A stretch of DNA of 64,000 nt from Bacteriovoracia bacterium (lineage in GTDB: Bacteria; Bdellovibrionota; UBA1018; CAIPTA01): contig JBFWVL010000001.1 of the NCBI GenBank assembly GCA_050246755.1, positions 512,001 to 576,000 on the forward strand, read 5' to 3'. Each line of letters starts with the position of its first letter. The stretch's first letter is position 1. This document shows positions 54,293 to 62,741 of the stretch, piece after piece. The notes below the pieces were generated by a model that did no database searches, was not told the origin of the DNA, and was given only the letters and a program-made list of their open reading frames with translations. Position numbers and translations under genes: made by a program.

Positions 54293-55129
54293 ATGAAACT
54301 CACACAGCTATCCGATGAAAAACTTGCGCATGAAACGGAACGCCTCGCTCACCAAGAGCGCGAGCTCCTAGTTGAAATTCTTTGGCATCTGCAGGAAATA
54401 GACCGGCGACGCCTCTATTCCTCTTTAGGCTATAAATCCCTCTTCGACTACGCCGTTAAAAAGCTCCGCTACGCCCAAGATCAGGCTTACCGGAGAATAT
54501 CCGCGGCGAGACTAATGAGGGAAATTCCCGAAATTGAGCCTAAGATTCATTCGGGCACTCTGACCTTAACCCATATCGGAATGGCCAAGATCGTGTTCAA
54601 AAGGGAAAAATTCTCTCTTGAGGAAAAAGCCGCTCTCCTTAAAAAACTAGAAAATACTTCTACGCGGGAAGCGGCAAAAATTCTTGCCGCTATTTCACCA
54701 GAAGCCCTAAAGCCCGACGCCATTCGCCCCTTGGCGGCCGACCGAGTGGAAATGCGTTTTGTCGCCAACGAGAGCCTTCTCGAGAAAATCGAAAAATTGA
54801 AAGGATTGTTCGCTCATCGCTACCCACACCTGAGCCTTGGCGAGCTATTTGAGGTTCTCTGCGATCAAGTGATCGAAAATCAGACGAAATTTGCGGCGCC
54901 GCAAATTTCAAAACGCCAAAGCGTGGCGGCGAGAAGAAGGGCGGTGCTTGCCCGCGGGCGTTGCGAAAAGTGCGATTCCCGCCACGCCCTCGAGGTGGAT
55001 CACCGCGTGCCGAAAGCCTTAGGGGGTAAGGATACGATAGAAAATCTACGTCTCCTTTGCCGCTCCTGCAACCAACGTGCGGCGATAGAGATTTTCGGCA
55101 TCGACAAGATGGAAAAATACCTAACTTAG
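54293..55129 (+). CDS. HNH endonuclease with N-terminal DUF222-like helical region
   Basis: CEKC...LEVDHRVPKALGGKDTIENLRLLCRSCN; N-terminal HLQEIDRRRLY..LGYKSLFDY...AYRRISAAR. Confidence 0.88.
   Translation: MKLTQLSDEKLAHETERLAHQERELLVEILWHLQEIDRRRLYSSLGYKSLFDYAVKKLRYAQDQAYRRISAARLMREIPEIEPKIHSGTLTLTHIGMAKIVFKREKFSLEEKAALLKKLENTSTREAAKILAAISPEALKPDAIRPLAADRVEMRFVANESLLEKIEKLKGLFAHRYPHLSLGELFEVLCDQVIENQTKFAAPQISKRQSVAARRRAVLARGRCEKCDSRHALEVDHRVPKALGGKDTIENLRLLCRSCNQRAAIEIFGIDKMEKYLT
54884..54909. repeat. 26-bp repeat / 24-bp palindrome inside the HNH gene
   Basis: Identical to 42881-42906; encodes the linker TKFAAPQIS. Confidence 0.9.
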
Positions 55130-56793
55130 CCGGCCCTTACGTCGATCACCTTAAACTGATTCACGTCCACCAAGCCTTTATCCGTGAGCTTTAAGGAAGG
55201 AATCACGGGTAAACTGAGGAAAGCCAGCTGCAGAAAGGGCTCGGGCAGCTCACAACCGATCGAGCGGCTCGCTGCCTGCAAATCGAGCAAAGATTTTTCT
55301 ATTTTCTTCGGGCTCTCATTCGACATCAAACCGCCGAACGGTAGCGAAAGCTGCGACTGCACGGCTCCGTCTTTCACCACGCAAAAACCGCCGCCGCTCT
55401 CGATGAGCGCCTTCAGCGCAGCACGCATGTCGGAAGTTTTTTCGCCCACCACGATGAGGTTGTGGCTATCGTGGCCCACGCTCGAGGCGATGGCGCCCCG
55501 GAGTTTCCCAAAGCCCTTTACGTAACCGTTCGCGGGTTTCGATCCGTGGCCATACCGTTCGAGTACCGAGAGTCGCGACACACCAGAATCCGCGCTGTTC
55601 ATAACGAGATGATCCGTAAGGATGCGGCCGTGCTTCACGCCGATCACGTGCACCGGGCCGCTAGGGCCTTCGAGGGAAGCCTCGGTGGGCGCGCCGGCGC
55701 GCACCGTGTTCTGGAATCCACGCGCTGGCGAAGAAGAAGCCGCCAAATCCTCCACCCGGATTCCAGACTTCCATACCTGCGCCACCGTGCACTTGCGCGC
55801 ATCATCGAGCAGCACCAAATCCGCCCGGTACCCCGGGGCAATCGCGCCTAGCCGTCGGATTCCGTAGTGCCGGGCCACGCTCCAGGACGCCGCCCGGTAG
55901 GCGATCTCCGGCTGCACGCCGTATTTAATCGCGCCGCGAATCAGGTGATCGATGTGTCCCTCTTTGGCGATGTCGAGTGGATTTCGGTCATCCGTGCAAA
56001 ACCCCATGCTCGTAGAGGTAGCCAAATTCAGTAAAGGCGAAAGCTCCTCGAGGTCTTTGGCCACGCTGCCCTCGCGAATCCAGCAGGCGATCCCCTTGCG
56101 CATTTTTTCCGCGGCCTCGCGGGCGCCCGAGCTCTCGTGGCAGCTGGAAATCCCTGCGGCGGCATACGCCGAAAGCTCCTTACCGGTAAGCAAAGGACAG
56201 TGCCCGTCGATATGATGGTCCTGAAACGCCTCGAGCTTGTCCCACACGATCGGATCCCCGTGCAAAACGCCGGGCACGTTCATCATCTCGGCGAGCCCGA
56301 GGGCCTTAGGGTGCCTCGCCAAACCCAATAGCTGACCGGCCAAAACCTCTCCGCCGCCATTCGTTTCCATATGCGTAGCCGGCACGCAGGAACTGAGCAT
56401 CACGCGCATATCGAGCGCCATACCCTCGGCGGCTTCGAGAAAATATTTCAGGCCGTCCACGCCGATCACGTTCGTGATCTCGTGGGGATCGCAGACCGCG
56501 GTGGTAGTACCACGGGAGAGAACCACGTCCTGAAAATTCCCGGGAATCATCAAGGAACTTTCCACGTGCACGTGGGCATCGATGAAGCCGGGCACGAGCT
56601 TCCTACGCCGCCCCTGATACACCCGCCGCGCCTTCAACCCGGGTTCCACGCCCACGATCATGCCTTCGTGGATTGCAACGTCGCCGAAAACCCAACGGCA
56701 AGAGAAAACGTCGAAGTAGCGCACGTTCTTGATGAGAAGATCACAGGGAATTTTGCCGAGGGCGGCGTCTACGGTGGAGCGAGAGAGTTTCAT
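55126..56793 (-). CDS. ade: Adenine deaminase
   Basis: PGFIDAHVHVESS, DPHEITNV, EMMN.PGV, DGHCP, CTDD, HDSHN, LSLPVIPSLKLTDKGL. Confidence 0.95.
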   Translation of the reverse strand: MKLSRSTVDAALGKIPCDLLIKNVRYFDVFSCRWVFGDVAIHEGMIVGVEPGLKARRVYQGRRRKLVPGFIDAHVHVESSLMIPGNFQDVVLSRGTTTAVCDPHEITNVIGVDGLKYFLEAAEGMALDMRVMLSSCVPATHMETNGGGEVLAGQLLGLARHPKALGLAEMMNVPGVLHGDPIVWDKLEAFQDHHIDGHCPLLTGKELSAYAAAGISSCHESSGAREAAEKMRKGIACWIREGSVAKDLEELSPLLNLATSTSMGFCTDDRNPLDIAKEGHIDHLIRGAIKYGVQPEIAYRAASWSVARHYGIRRLGAIAPGYRADLVLLDDARKCTVAQVWKSGIRVEDLAASSSPARGFQNTVRAGAPTEASLEGPSGPVHVIGVKHGRILTDHLVMNSADSGVSRLSVLERYGHGSKPANGYVKGFGKLRGAIASSVGHDSHNLIVVGEKTSDMRAALKALIESGGGFCVVKDGAVQSQLSLPFGGLMSNESPKKIEKSLLDLQAASRSIGCELPEPFLQLAFLSLPVIPSLKLTDKGLVDVNQFKVIDVRAG

Positions 56794-56825
56794 CCGCTAA
56801 GCGTAACGTAGAAAAGAAAACCGGG

Positions 56826-58733
56826 CTAGCGCGTCTCGTAAGGACGGAGAATCTCCGATTGTCCCGCTTCGTTAAATACTTGTAACCGGGCCGGTTCGCC
56901 CGAAGATTTTTCGTCGGTGGCCGAAGACTCCGCGGCTGGCACTAAGCGCAAAGAGCGATACGTGCGGGGGCCTAGAATGCGGCAGTCCGATCCATCTACC
57001 AAACGGCCCTGGGTGTCGAGGCCAAGCAAATGGCCGAACCAAGGTTCGCGAACCGAATCCCGCAAACCACAAGCAGTGGCATCGCCCACCGGAAAAATAT
57101 CGGTGCTTACCGAGTGCGTGCGGGAAATCGCGAAATCGACGATGCGACCGGTGCCCAGCGCCCAGGTAAATGGCCTGGAGCCGTCGAAGGACTCGAAGCG
57201 TAGCTGGCCGTTTTCAGAGAGCAGGCCTCTCAGGAACAGCCCTTCCTGAAATTTCTTGGCGCCGTCGGCTTGAAATCGGGAAGGATGCCAGCTTATTTTT
57301 TCCTCTTCGTAGTCGTCCCATTCGTTCAGCGGCACTAACTCCACCGTGGCCGATTGAAGAACGCGGGTATCATCGATCGCATAAAGCGAGTCCGCCATCA
57401 CGCCGCCATTTCCGTATACCCACGCCCTCGTGGAAATATTCAGGTCCTGGCGAATCACGAACGGCTGTTCGTTGCCGAACCGCGCGCCCATCGAGAAAAT
57501 CCCGCCTTTATCGAGAAAGATGCTCGCCCCCCCGAGGGCCATGAAGAATCGGGAAAGCTCGGGTGGGTTCGGTACCGCGCTCATCACCGACTGGCGCATC
57601 GGGTACGGCGTGAGGATATTTTTTCCTTCGTCCGCGCCGAACTGAACGTAGCGAAGGTCGTTGTCGGGAAGGAGAAAGTTAAAAAATGGATAATCGCCGA
57701 ACGGCACGCGGATACGATTGGCGTCCAGCACCTTCGCCTCGGGGTTGAGTACATCTTTGTAGAGAGAACGGAACCCCTCTTGGGTGCTCCAAGTTACCAA
57801 TCGCTGGGCCGAGGTGAAGAGCATCAGGCCGTTATTGCGCACGCTGAACTCCACACGCTCCACGGTTTCGCCTTCTCTCAGGAAAGAGAGCACGAGGGGA
57901 ACCGGCTCTGGCGAAAACGGATGCAGGAAGGAAACATTATGCTGATCATCGAGGATCGCCACGAGATCGTGGGCCGCGGCGAGCGCGGGCGGCAGGCGGT
58001 TGAAGCGGGTTCCCACCGTGGCCAAAGCCTTGCTGAGCATATATTCGCGGTCCCCCGGGGAAAGATTTTCGCCGAAGAGGCCCACCGCCGCGTAAAAAGC
58101 TGCGCCGTAGGAATAGGCGCCGGCGTCGCTTTCCTTGAGGCTAAAGCGTTCGTCGCAACCGCCCGAGGTTTTGGGAATATCTCCGAGACTGCAGATAACG
58201 TGGCCGGGATCGGAATTGCTCGAGTGCCGCGCCTCGTGCACCAGCACCGATAATGCCTCCAGGGGATCCTGCGTGAAAAAGCTTCCCCCGAGGTAAATCT
58301 TCTTCTCGAATTTTTTGTTGAACGCGATGCTGGTTACTTGGCTGAAATCAAAATCCACTTTTTCCGACATCTTATCCAGGTAGCCGATCGGATCGTGGAG
58401 ATCGGCCTGCAAGCTCGGAGCCCAGGTGGCAGGAAAATGAATCCGTAAATCGGAGGCCAGGCGAAATAACTTGGAGAGCGGGCCGTGGGTTTTGTCCTCG
58501 CAAATGGAAATGCCCGCGGGCACATCCATATTTAATTTCACGGCGGCCCCTCGGTATTCGGCGTCGCCGAGGCAGCGTAGTTTCTCGTAAGAATTCTGGG
58601 ATTCTATAGCCGCCGAGGCCACGTGGCGATCCAAACTGCCGCGGGCGTGAAAAGTTTGCGCAAACCCGCCCAGACCAAGGCCCGCCAGCGCCACAACGAA
58701 AAGCAGTTCTGTTCGGGGACTCTTATTCCGCAT
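56826..58733 (-). CDS. Secreted hypothetical protein with HExxH (zincin-like) N-terminal domain
   Basis: LVHEARH...GHVIC...CD...GAY; beta-rich C-terminal region. Confidence 0.6.
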   Translation of the reverse strand: MRNKSPRTELLFVVALAGLGLGGFAQTFHARGSLDRHVASAAIESQNSYEKLRCLGDAEYRGAAVKLNMDVPAGISICEDKTHGPLSKLFRLASDLRIHFPATWAPSLQADLHDPIGYLDKMSEKVDFDFSQVTSIAFNKKFEKKIYLGGSFFTQDPLEALSVLVHEARHSSNSDPGHVICSLGDIPKTSGGCDERFSLKESDAGAYSYGAAFYAAVGLFGENLSPGDREYMLSKALATVGTRFNRLPPALAAAHDLVAILDDQHNVSFLHPFSPEPVPLVLSFLREGETVERVEFSVRNNGLMLFTSAQRLVTWSTQEGFRSLYKDVLNPEAKVLDANRIRVPFGDYPFFNFLLPDNDLRYVQFGADEGKNILTPYPMRQSVMSAVPNPPELSRFFMALGGASIFLDKGGIFSMGARFGNEQPFVIRQDLNISTRAWVYGNGGVMADSLYAIDDTRVLQSATVELVPLNEWDDYEEEKISWHPSRFQADGAKKFQEGLFLRGLLSENGQLRFESFDGSRPFTWALGTGRIVDFAISRTHSVSTDIFPVGDATACGLRDSVREPWFGHLLGLDTQGRLVDGSDCRILGPRTYRSLRLVPAAESSATDEKSSGEPARLQVFNEAGQSEILRPYETR

Positions 58734-59325
58734 CGGAAAAGATTCCTTCCACTAGCTCACGCTCCGAGAAAGGCGCGCTGGCCACGATCGAGGCGGGCAG
58801 CCGCGAGATTAGATCCCCGCGTTTTTTCTCGGGCAGAGTCTTGATCCAAGCCGTAAGGTTTTTCAGCGCTTGCCGCCGCACCAGCATATTTTCGCGAGGG
58901 CGCAGCGCGAGGCCGCGATAGAAGGCGAATAGTGCGGCACGTTCCGCTTCGCCCATTCGCTCCCCGTAAGCCGACGAAAGCGCCTTCAGAATTCCCATTC
59001 GGCTCACTAGTTCCAGTTGAAAGCCCCGCTCATCCCGCGGATAGGAGCGGCGGAACCGTGCGCTCAGGATGGGCTCGAGATCCGCGAAGCGCTGCGAGCC
59101 TAAAATTTGGGCATCGAAGAGAGCGGAAAATAATTCGGCGCCATGGCCGCGCAGAAGAACCTCGGCAGTTTTCCCCGGAGAAGGAGGAGGAACTGCAACG
59201 GGAGCGCTGGAATCCTGGAGCTGAGGAGAAAGAGGAGCGGAAACGGGCGGCGACTCGGTGGAAAGTATCCAGCCGAGGGCGAAGAAAGCGCAAAAAAAAC
59301 CGAGACTCCAGCCGAGAAGTTTCAT
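58723..59325 (-). CDS. Membrane-anchored hypothetical protein
   Basis: N-terminal TM, Pro/Ser linker, helical domain; overlaps the downstream gene. Confidence 0.55.
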   Translation of the reverse strand: MKLLGWSLGFFCAFFALGWILSTESPPVSAPLSPQLQDSSAPVAVPPPSPGKTAEVLLRGHGAELFSALFDAQILGSQRFADLEPILSARFRRSYPRDERGFQLELVSRMGILKALSSAYGERMGEAERAALFAFYRGLALRPRENMLVRRQALKNLTAWIKTLPEKKRGDLISRLPASIVASAPFSERELVEGIFSDAE

Positions 59326-59385
59326 TTCTTTCTCTTCGGTAGATCCCGGCTTTTCTTGGAAGAATTCCCCCGCTACACGGAAAAA

Positions 59386-59808
59386 TTAACGGTTATAAGT
59401 AAGCCCCCCGCAGCGCAGTGCGGTTTTCTTTCCGGTCTTCCAAAAGTTCTCCACGAGCGCGAAGGAAACGGGGCCTTCCCTACCTTCTTCGTGGCTCATT
59501 ACGATTTCCAAAACTTGGGCGCCGGTATTCGTCGCGCGTACGCCCTGGAATAAATCGTGGTTGAAGGAAACGAGGTCTTTCGAAGTGTCGATCACCGCTG
59601 GGTGCCCTACCACGAATTCCGTGCCGTCCACCGTGATGCGGATGCGCTCGTTCAGGGGATGCGGTTTATCGTCTATAAAGTACTGCTCGCCGGCCAACAT
59701 GGAGCAAACCGATTTGTCGGCGGTGATTCCAGTATAGGTGCCGGGTTCTACGTGAGCGAAAGCAGCGGTGGGAATGAGAGCCAAAGTAAGAAATAGAGTT
59801 TTCACCAT
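59386..59808 (-). CDS. Secreted hypothetical protein
   Basis: AGGAG RBS, signal peptide, Cys pair. Confidence 0.65.
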   Translation of the reverse strand: MVKTLFLTLALIPTAAFAHVEPGTYTGITADKSVCSMLAGEQYFIDDKPHPLNERIRITVDGTEFVVGHPAVIDTSKDLVSFNHDLFQGVRATNTGAQVLEIVMSHEEGREGPVSFALVENFWKTGKKTALRCGGLTYNR

Positions 59809-60030
59809 TCATCTCCTGGTTACGTGTAGTAATAAAAATTTCTACGCCGGCTAACGAGGAAAGTCCATTCATTGATAACAATTCTCAAAAAGGACCATGA
59901 AAAATATGCCCGTGTAGAGATCTCAACCTTTGTTAGCTGTGCTCCTGTTTCAGGGTGCTACTCTTTTTAAAACGCTCTTTGTTGCTCCTCGCGCATCGTG
60001 CACAACGCAAATCCACCTTTGGAGGGAATC

Positions 60031-61533
60031 ATGGGAAATTTGCAACGCCTCACTCTGGCCCTAGTGGCCGTTTTGTCCGTCAACGCTAACGCAGCGGTAC
60101 TTAATACCAAAACCCTGGAGACGCAGCTCCAGCAGCAAAAAGCTACTTGGACTGCCCGCGATAACTGGGTGAACCAGCTTTCCGTGGACCAAGTGAAGCG
60201 CATGATGGGATTTCCCGGCAAAGTGCGGTTCGGCAAGGACGTTCTTTTCAAAGCCCAAGCGGGATTAAAGTTGAGCGCCGACGGAATCGACTGGCGCAGC
60301 AAAGACGGACAGAACTGGGTTACGCCCGTGCTCAATCAGGGCAATTGCGGAAGCTGCGTGGCCTTCGCCTCCGTGGCCACCCTGGAAACCCAAATGAATA
60401 TCAGCCACCAATACCCCTGGCTAAATAAGCGCTTCTCCACCGAGGCGCTCTTCGCCTGCGGCGGCGGCGGCTGCGAAAGTGGCTGGTGGCCCTCGAGTGC
60501 CGCCAGCTTCCTGAAAAATCGCGGCGTGCCCGATGAAGCCTGCGCGCCCTACACGATGGGCGCCACCGGGGTGGATTCAGCGTGCTCGAGCATTTGCGCA
60601 GACTCCGCGCAGCGCTCGCAAAAAGTTTCGAACGTGAACGTGCCCCGTTCCGTTGAAGCCGTGAAGGCCGCCTTGAAGCACGGCCCGCTCATGACCACGC
60701 TCGACGTCTACGGTGATTTCGTGCTCTACGGCACCGGTATTTATAAACATACCACCGGCGAATACTTGGGCGGCCACGCGGTTTCCATCATCGGCTTCAA
60801 CGACGAAGGCCGCTACTGGATCATCCGCAATAGCTGGGGACCCGACTGGGGCGAAAGCGGTTTCGGCCGCGTGAGCTACGACGACGAGTCCGGCGTGGGC
60901 GACAACACCTGGGGCTTCGAACTTCCCGCCGCGGAAGGCGACGTAGCGATCAAGAATCTCCGTGACCACGATTTCGTTTCGGGAAATTTTTCCTTCGACG
61001 CGATCTCCACCTTCCCCGACACCGCGGAAATTTCCCTGCAGCTGGCGGGTAAAACCGGCGAACAGAGCACGGTGAGCTGCCAGGCTTCGAGCTGTAATCT
61101 CCAGGTGGATACCACCAAGATGCCCGACGGCCGCTATGAAGCTACCGTGAGCGCTTCGCACGGCGGAAAAACCGCCAAATCCGAGCCCCGCTACTTTTAC
61201 GTAGTGAATAAGCAGCCGGAAACGATCTCGGTGAGCTTTGCGCCCAAGAGCGGGCTCAACCTCGCGGCTCCTATCAAGGAGCGCGTGGAGTTCGACGTGA
61301 ATGCCGTTTCTTCCTCGGTGCCCTTCACCGGCCTTCAGCTGATCGTAAAGAAAGACGGAAAAGTGGTTTATACTAAAGGCGCCGACATGGTGCTCCCGCA
61401 GATGACGATGGGCTGGAGAACCCCAACCGTGCCTAACGGAACCTACCAAATCTCAATCGCGGCCAGTATCCAATCGAATAGCCAAAAATATGAAGCCGTG
61501 AGCAACGAATTCACGGTTACCGTGCAGAACTAA
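60031..61533 (+). CDS. Secreted papain-family C1A peptidase with propeptide and C-terminal Ig-like domains
   Basis: IDWR, NQGNCGSCVAFA, GGHAVSIIG, YWIIRNSWGPDWGESGF. Confidence 0.92.
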   Translation: MGNLQRLTLALVAVLSVNANAAVLNTKTLETQLQQQKATWTARDNWVNQLSVDQVKRMMGFPGKVRFGKDVLFKAQAGLKLSADGIDWRSKDGQNWVTPVLNQGNCGSCVAFASVATLETQMNISHQYPWLNKRFSTEALFACGGGGCESGWWPSSAASFLKNRGVPDEACAPYTMGATGVDSACSSICADSAQRSQKVSNVNVPRSVEAVKAALKHGPLMTTLDVYGDFVLYGTGIYKHTTGEYLGGHAVSIIGFNDEGRYWIIRNSWGPDWGESGFGRVSYDDESGVGDNTWGFELPAAEGDVAIKNLRDHDFVSGNFSFDAISTFPDTAEISLQLAGKTGEQSTVSCQASSCNLQVDTTKMPDGRYEATVSASHGGKTAKSEPRYFYVVNKQPETISVSFAPKSGLNLAAPIKERVEFDVNAVSSSVPFTGLQLIVKKDGKVVYTKGADMVLPQMTMGWRTPTVPNGTYQISIAASIQSNSQKYEAVSNEFTVTVQN

Positions 61534-61546
61534 ATGCCTTCTTGGT

Positions 61547-61582
61547 GCCCGGGATGCCTAGAGCATTCCGGGCTTTTTCTTT
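61547..61582 (+). terminator. Intrinsic terminator
   Basis: GCCCGGGATGC-CTAGA-GCATTCCGGGC followed by TTTTTCTTT. Confidence 0.75.
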
Positions 61583-62118
61583 TAGGCGGCGATGGATTTA
61601 TCTACGAGCGCCGAAAGCACTTCGATGCGTTTACGCACTTCCGGAGTCTGCGTTTCGCCGTGTAGAACCAGAATCAATTCTTCCCCTAGGCCGCGCTCCC
61701 AGGCATAACGGTCGGCTTCGAGCTGCGCTTGCAGCGGGGACACTCTAATCTTGGCGTGGCGATGGAACACGTGACCCAGCTCGTGCGCGAGAATCGCATG
61801 GGCCTGATGGTATTGCGCCGAGTGCATCAAATCGTGGAGCTCGGGGAAAATCAGAATCAGGGACCGGCCTTCATACGGATAAACCGCGCAGCTCATACGC
61901 TGGTTACAGAAGAGGAGCAGGAGTTTTTCGCGGTGGATGAGATTTTGCAAATCGGAAAGGGGAAAGCCGCAAAGCAATTCAATCAGGCTGTTACGAAAAG
62001 GCTCATCGCGCAAAATCCATGCGTGCTCGGGTTGCCGCAAAAATGCGGCGATGCAGGCCGCGGCGTCGGAGCTGCGAGTCGGGAGCCAGTTGCGCAATGA
62101 GCGGAGGAGCGAAGTCAT
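61582..62118 (-). CDS. HExxH metallopeptidase (M48-like)
   Basis: AILAHELGH...QLEADRYA. Confidence 0.7.
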   Translation of the reverse strand: MTSLLRSLRNWLPTRSSDAAACIAAFLRQPEHAWILRDEPFRNSLIELLCGFPLSDLQNLIHREKLLLLFCNQRMSCAVYPYEGRSLILIFPELHDLMHSAQYHQAHAILAHELGHVFHRHAKIRVSPLQAQLEADRYAWERGLGEELILVLHGETQTPEVRKRIEVLSALVDKSIAA

Positions 62119-62124
62119 ACCCCC

Positions 62125-62151
62125 TTTTCGGCGCAGAACGCGGAAACCTTA
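62125..62151 (-). promoter_or_regulatory. sigma28-type promoter TAAG-N15-GCCGAAAA
   Basis: 6 nt before ATG 62118. Confidence 0.65.
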
Positions 62152-62161
62152 GCAGGTATTT

Positions 62162-62656
62162 CTATTTTAACAGCTTCGGCAGGATCGTCTTGAGTGATTC
62201 GCGTTCGGCCTCGGTGAGATGCGCTAGAAATTCCTTTTCCACCTTCTCGCGTAGACGCGATGCAGCCTTCCTTTTCGCCTGCCCCGATGCGGTAATATGA
62301 ATCAGCTTCACGCGCCGGTCTCCGCCCGAGCCCTTGCGGAGCACCAAACCATCAGACTCAAGCCCGTCGAGCAGCTTCACCATGGTCGCCTTATCGATTC
62401 CCATGCTTCCGCCCAACTCCACTTGGCTCATGGGTCCATCGCCCTCTAAAATGCGCAGGATTCCTAACTGAGAAGTAACCATGCCTTCCCCGGTTAGGGC
62501 TTGGTCGAGCATCGCTTTCATCCTCGCGGCGGATTTATACAGGCAATACGCGAAGTAATTCTTAAGGTTAGGGTGCACCACCGTATCGGAAGAAAAGCCG
62601 AGGGAGCAGAATTCGCTCACACTCGCTACCGTCTTTTTGTGTTTCGGTTTAGCCAT
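62162..62656 (-). CDS. MarR family regulator
   Basis: SQVELG..MGIDKATMVKLLDGLESDGLV, DRRVKLIHITASG. Confidence 0.9.
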   Translation of the reverse strand: MAKPKHKKTVASVSEFCSLGFSSDTVVHPNLKNYFAYCLYKSAARMKAMLDQALTGEGMVTSQLGILRILEGDGPMSQVELGGSMGIDKATMVKLLDGLESDGLVLRKGSGGDRRVKLIHITASGQAKRKAASRLREKVEKEFLAHLTEAERESLKTILPKLLK

Positions 62657-62741
62657 CGATAAAGAGCGTATCACAAATGGTTTGTGTTACGAACTATTTT
62701 AGCGTATAGTGAATTTAGACCAAACGCTTCCCGAGGCGATT

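Noticed and set aside
54204-55140. HNH gene as an IscB/HEARO-type RNA-guided nuclease
   Set aside because: No RuvC or PLMP motifs; only ~90 bp upstream and a 4-bp overlap with ade downstream, leaving no room for a large guide RNA.
59809-60030. Riboswitch (e.g. c-di-GMP-I) in the AT-rich divergent intergenic region; similar check at 43760-43800
   Set aside because: Isolated GCAAA-like words, but I could not build the required paired elements.
62672-62710. CACAAA-TGG-TTTGTG and ACTAT-N8-ATAGT palindromes between marR and tolC
   Set aside because: Plausible MarR operators, but ordinary and too short to assign confidently.
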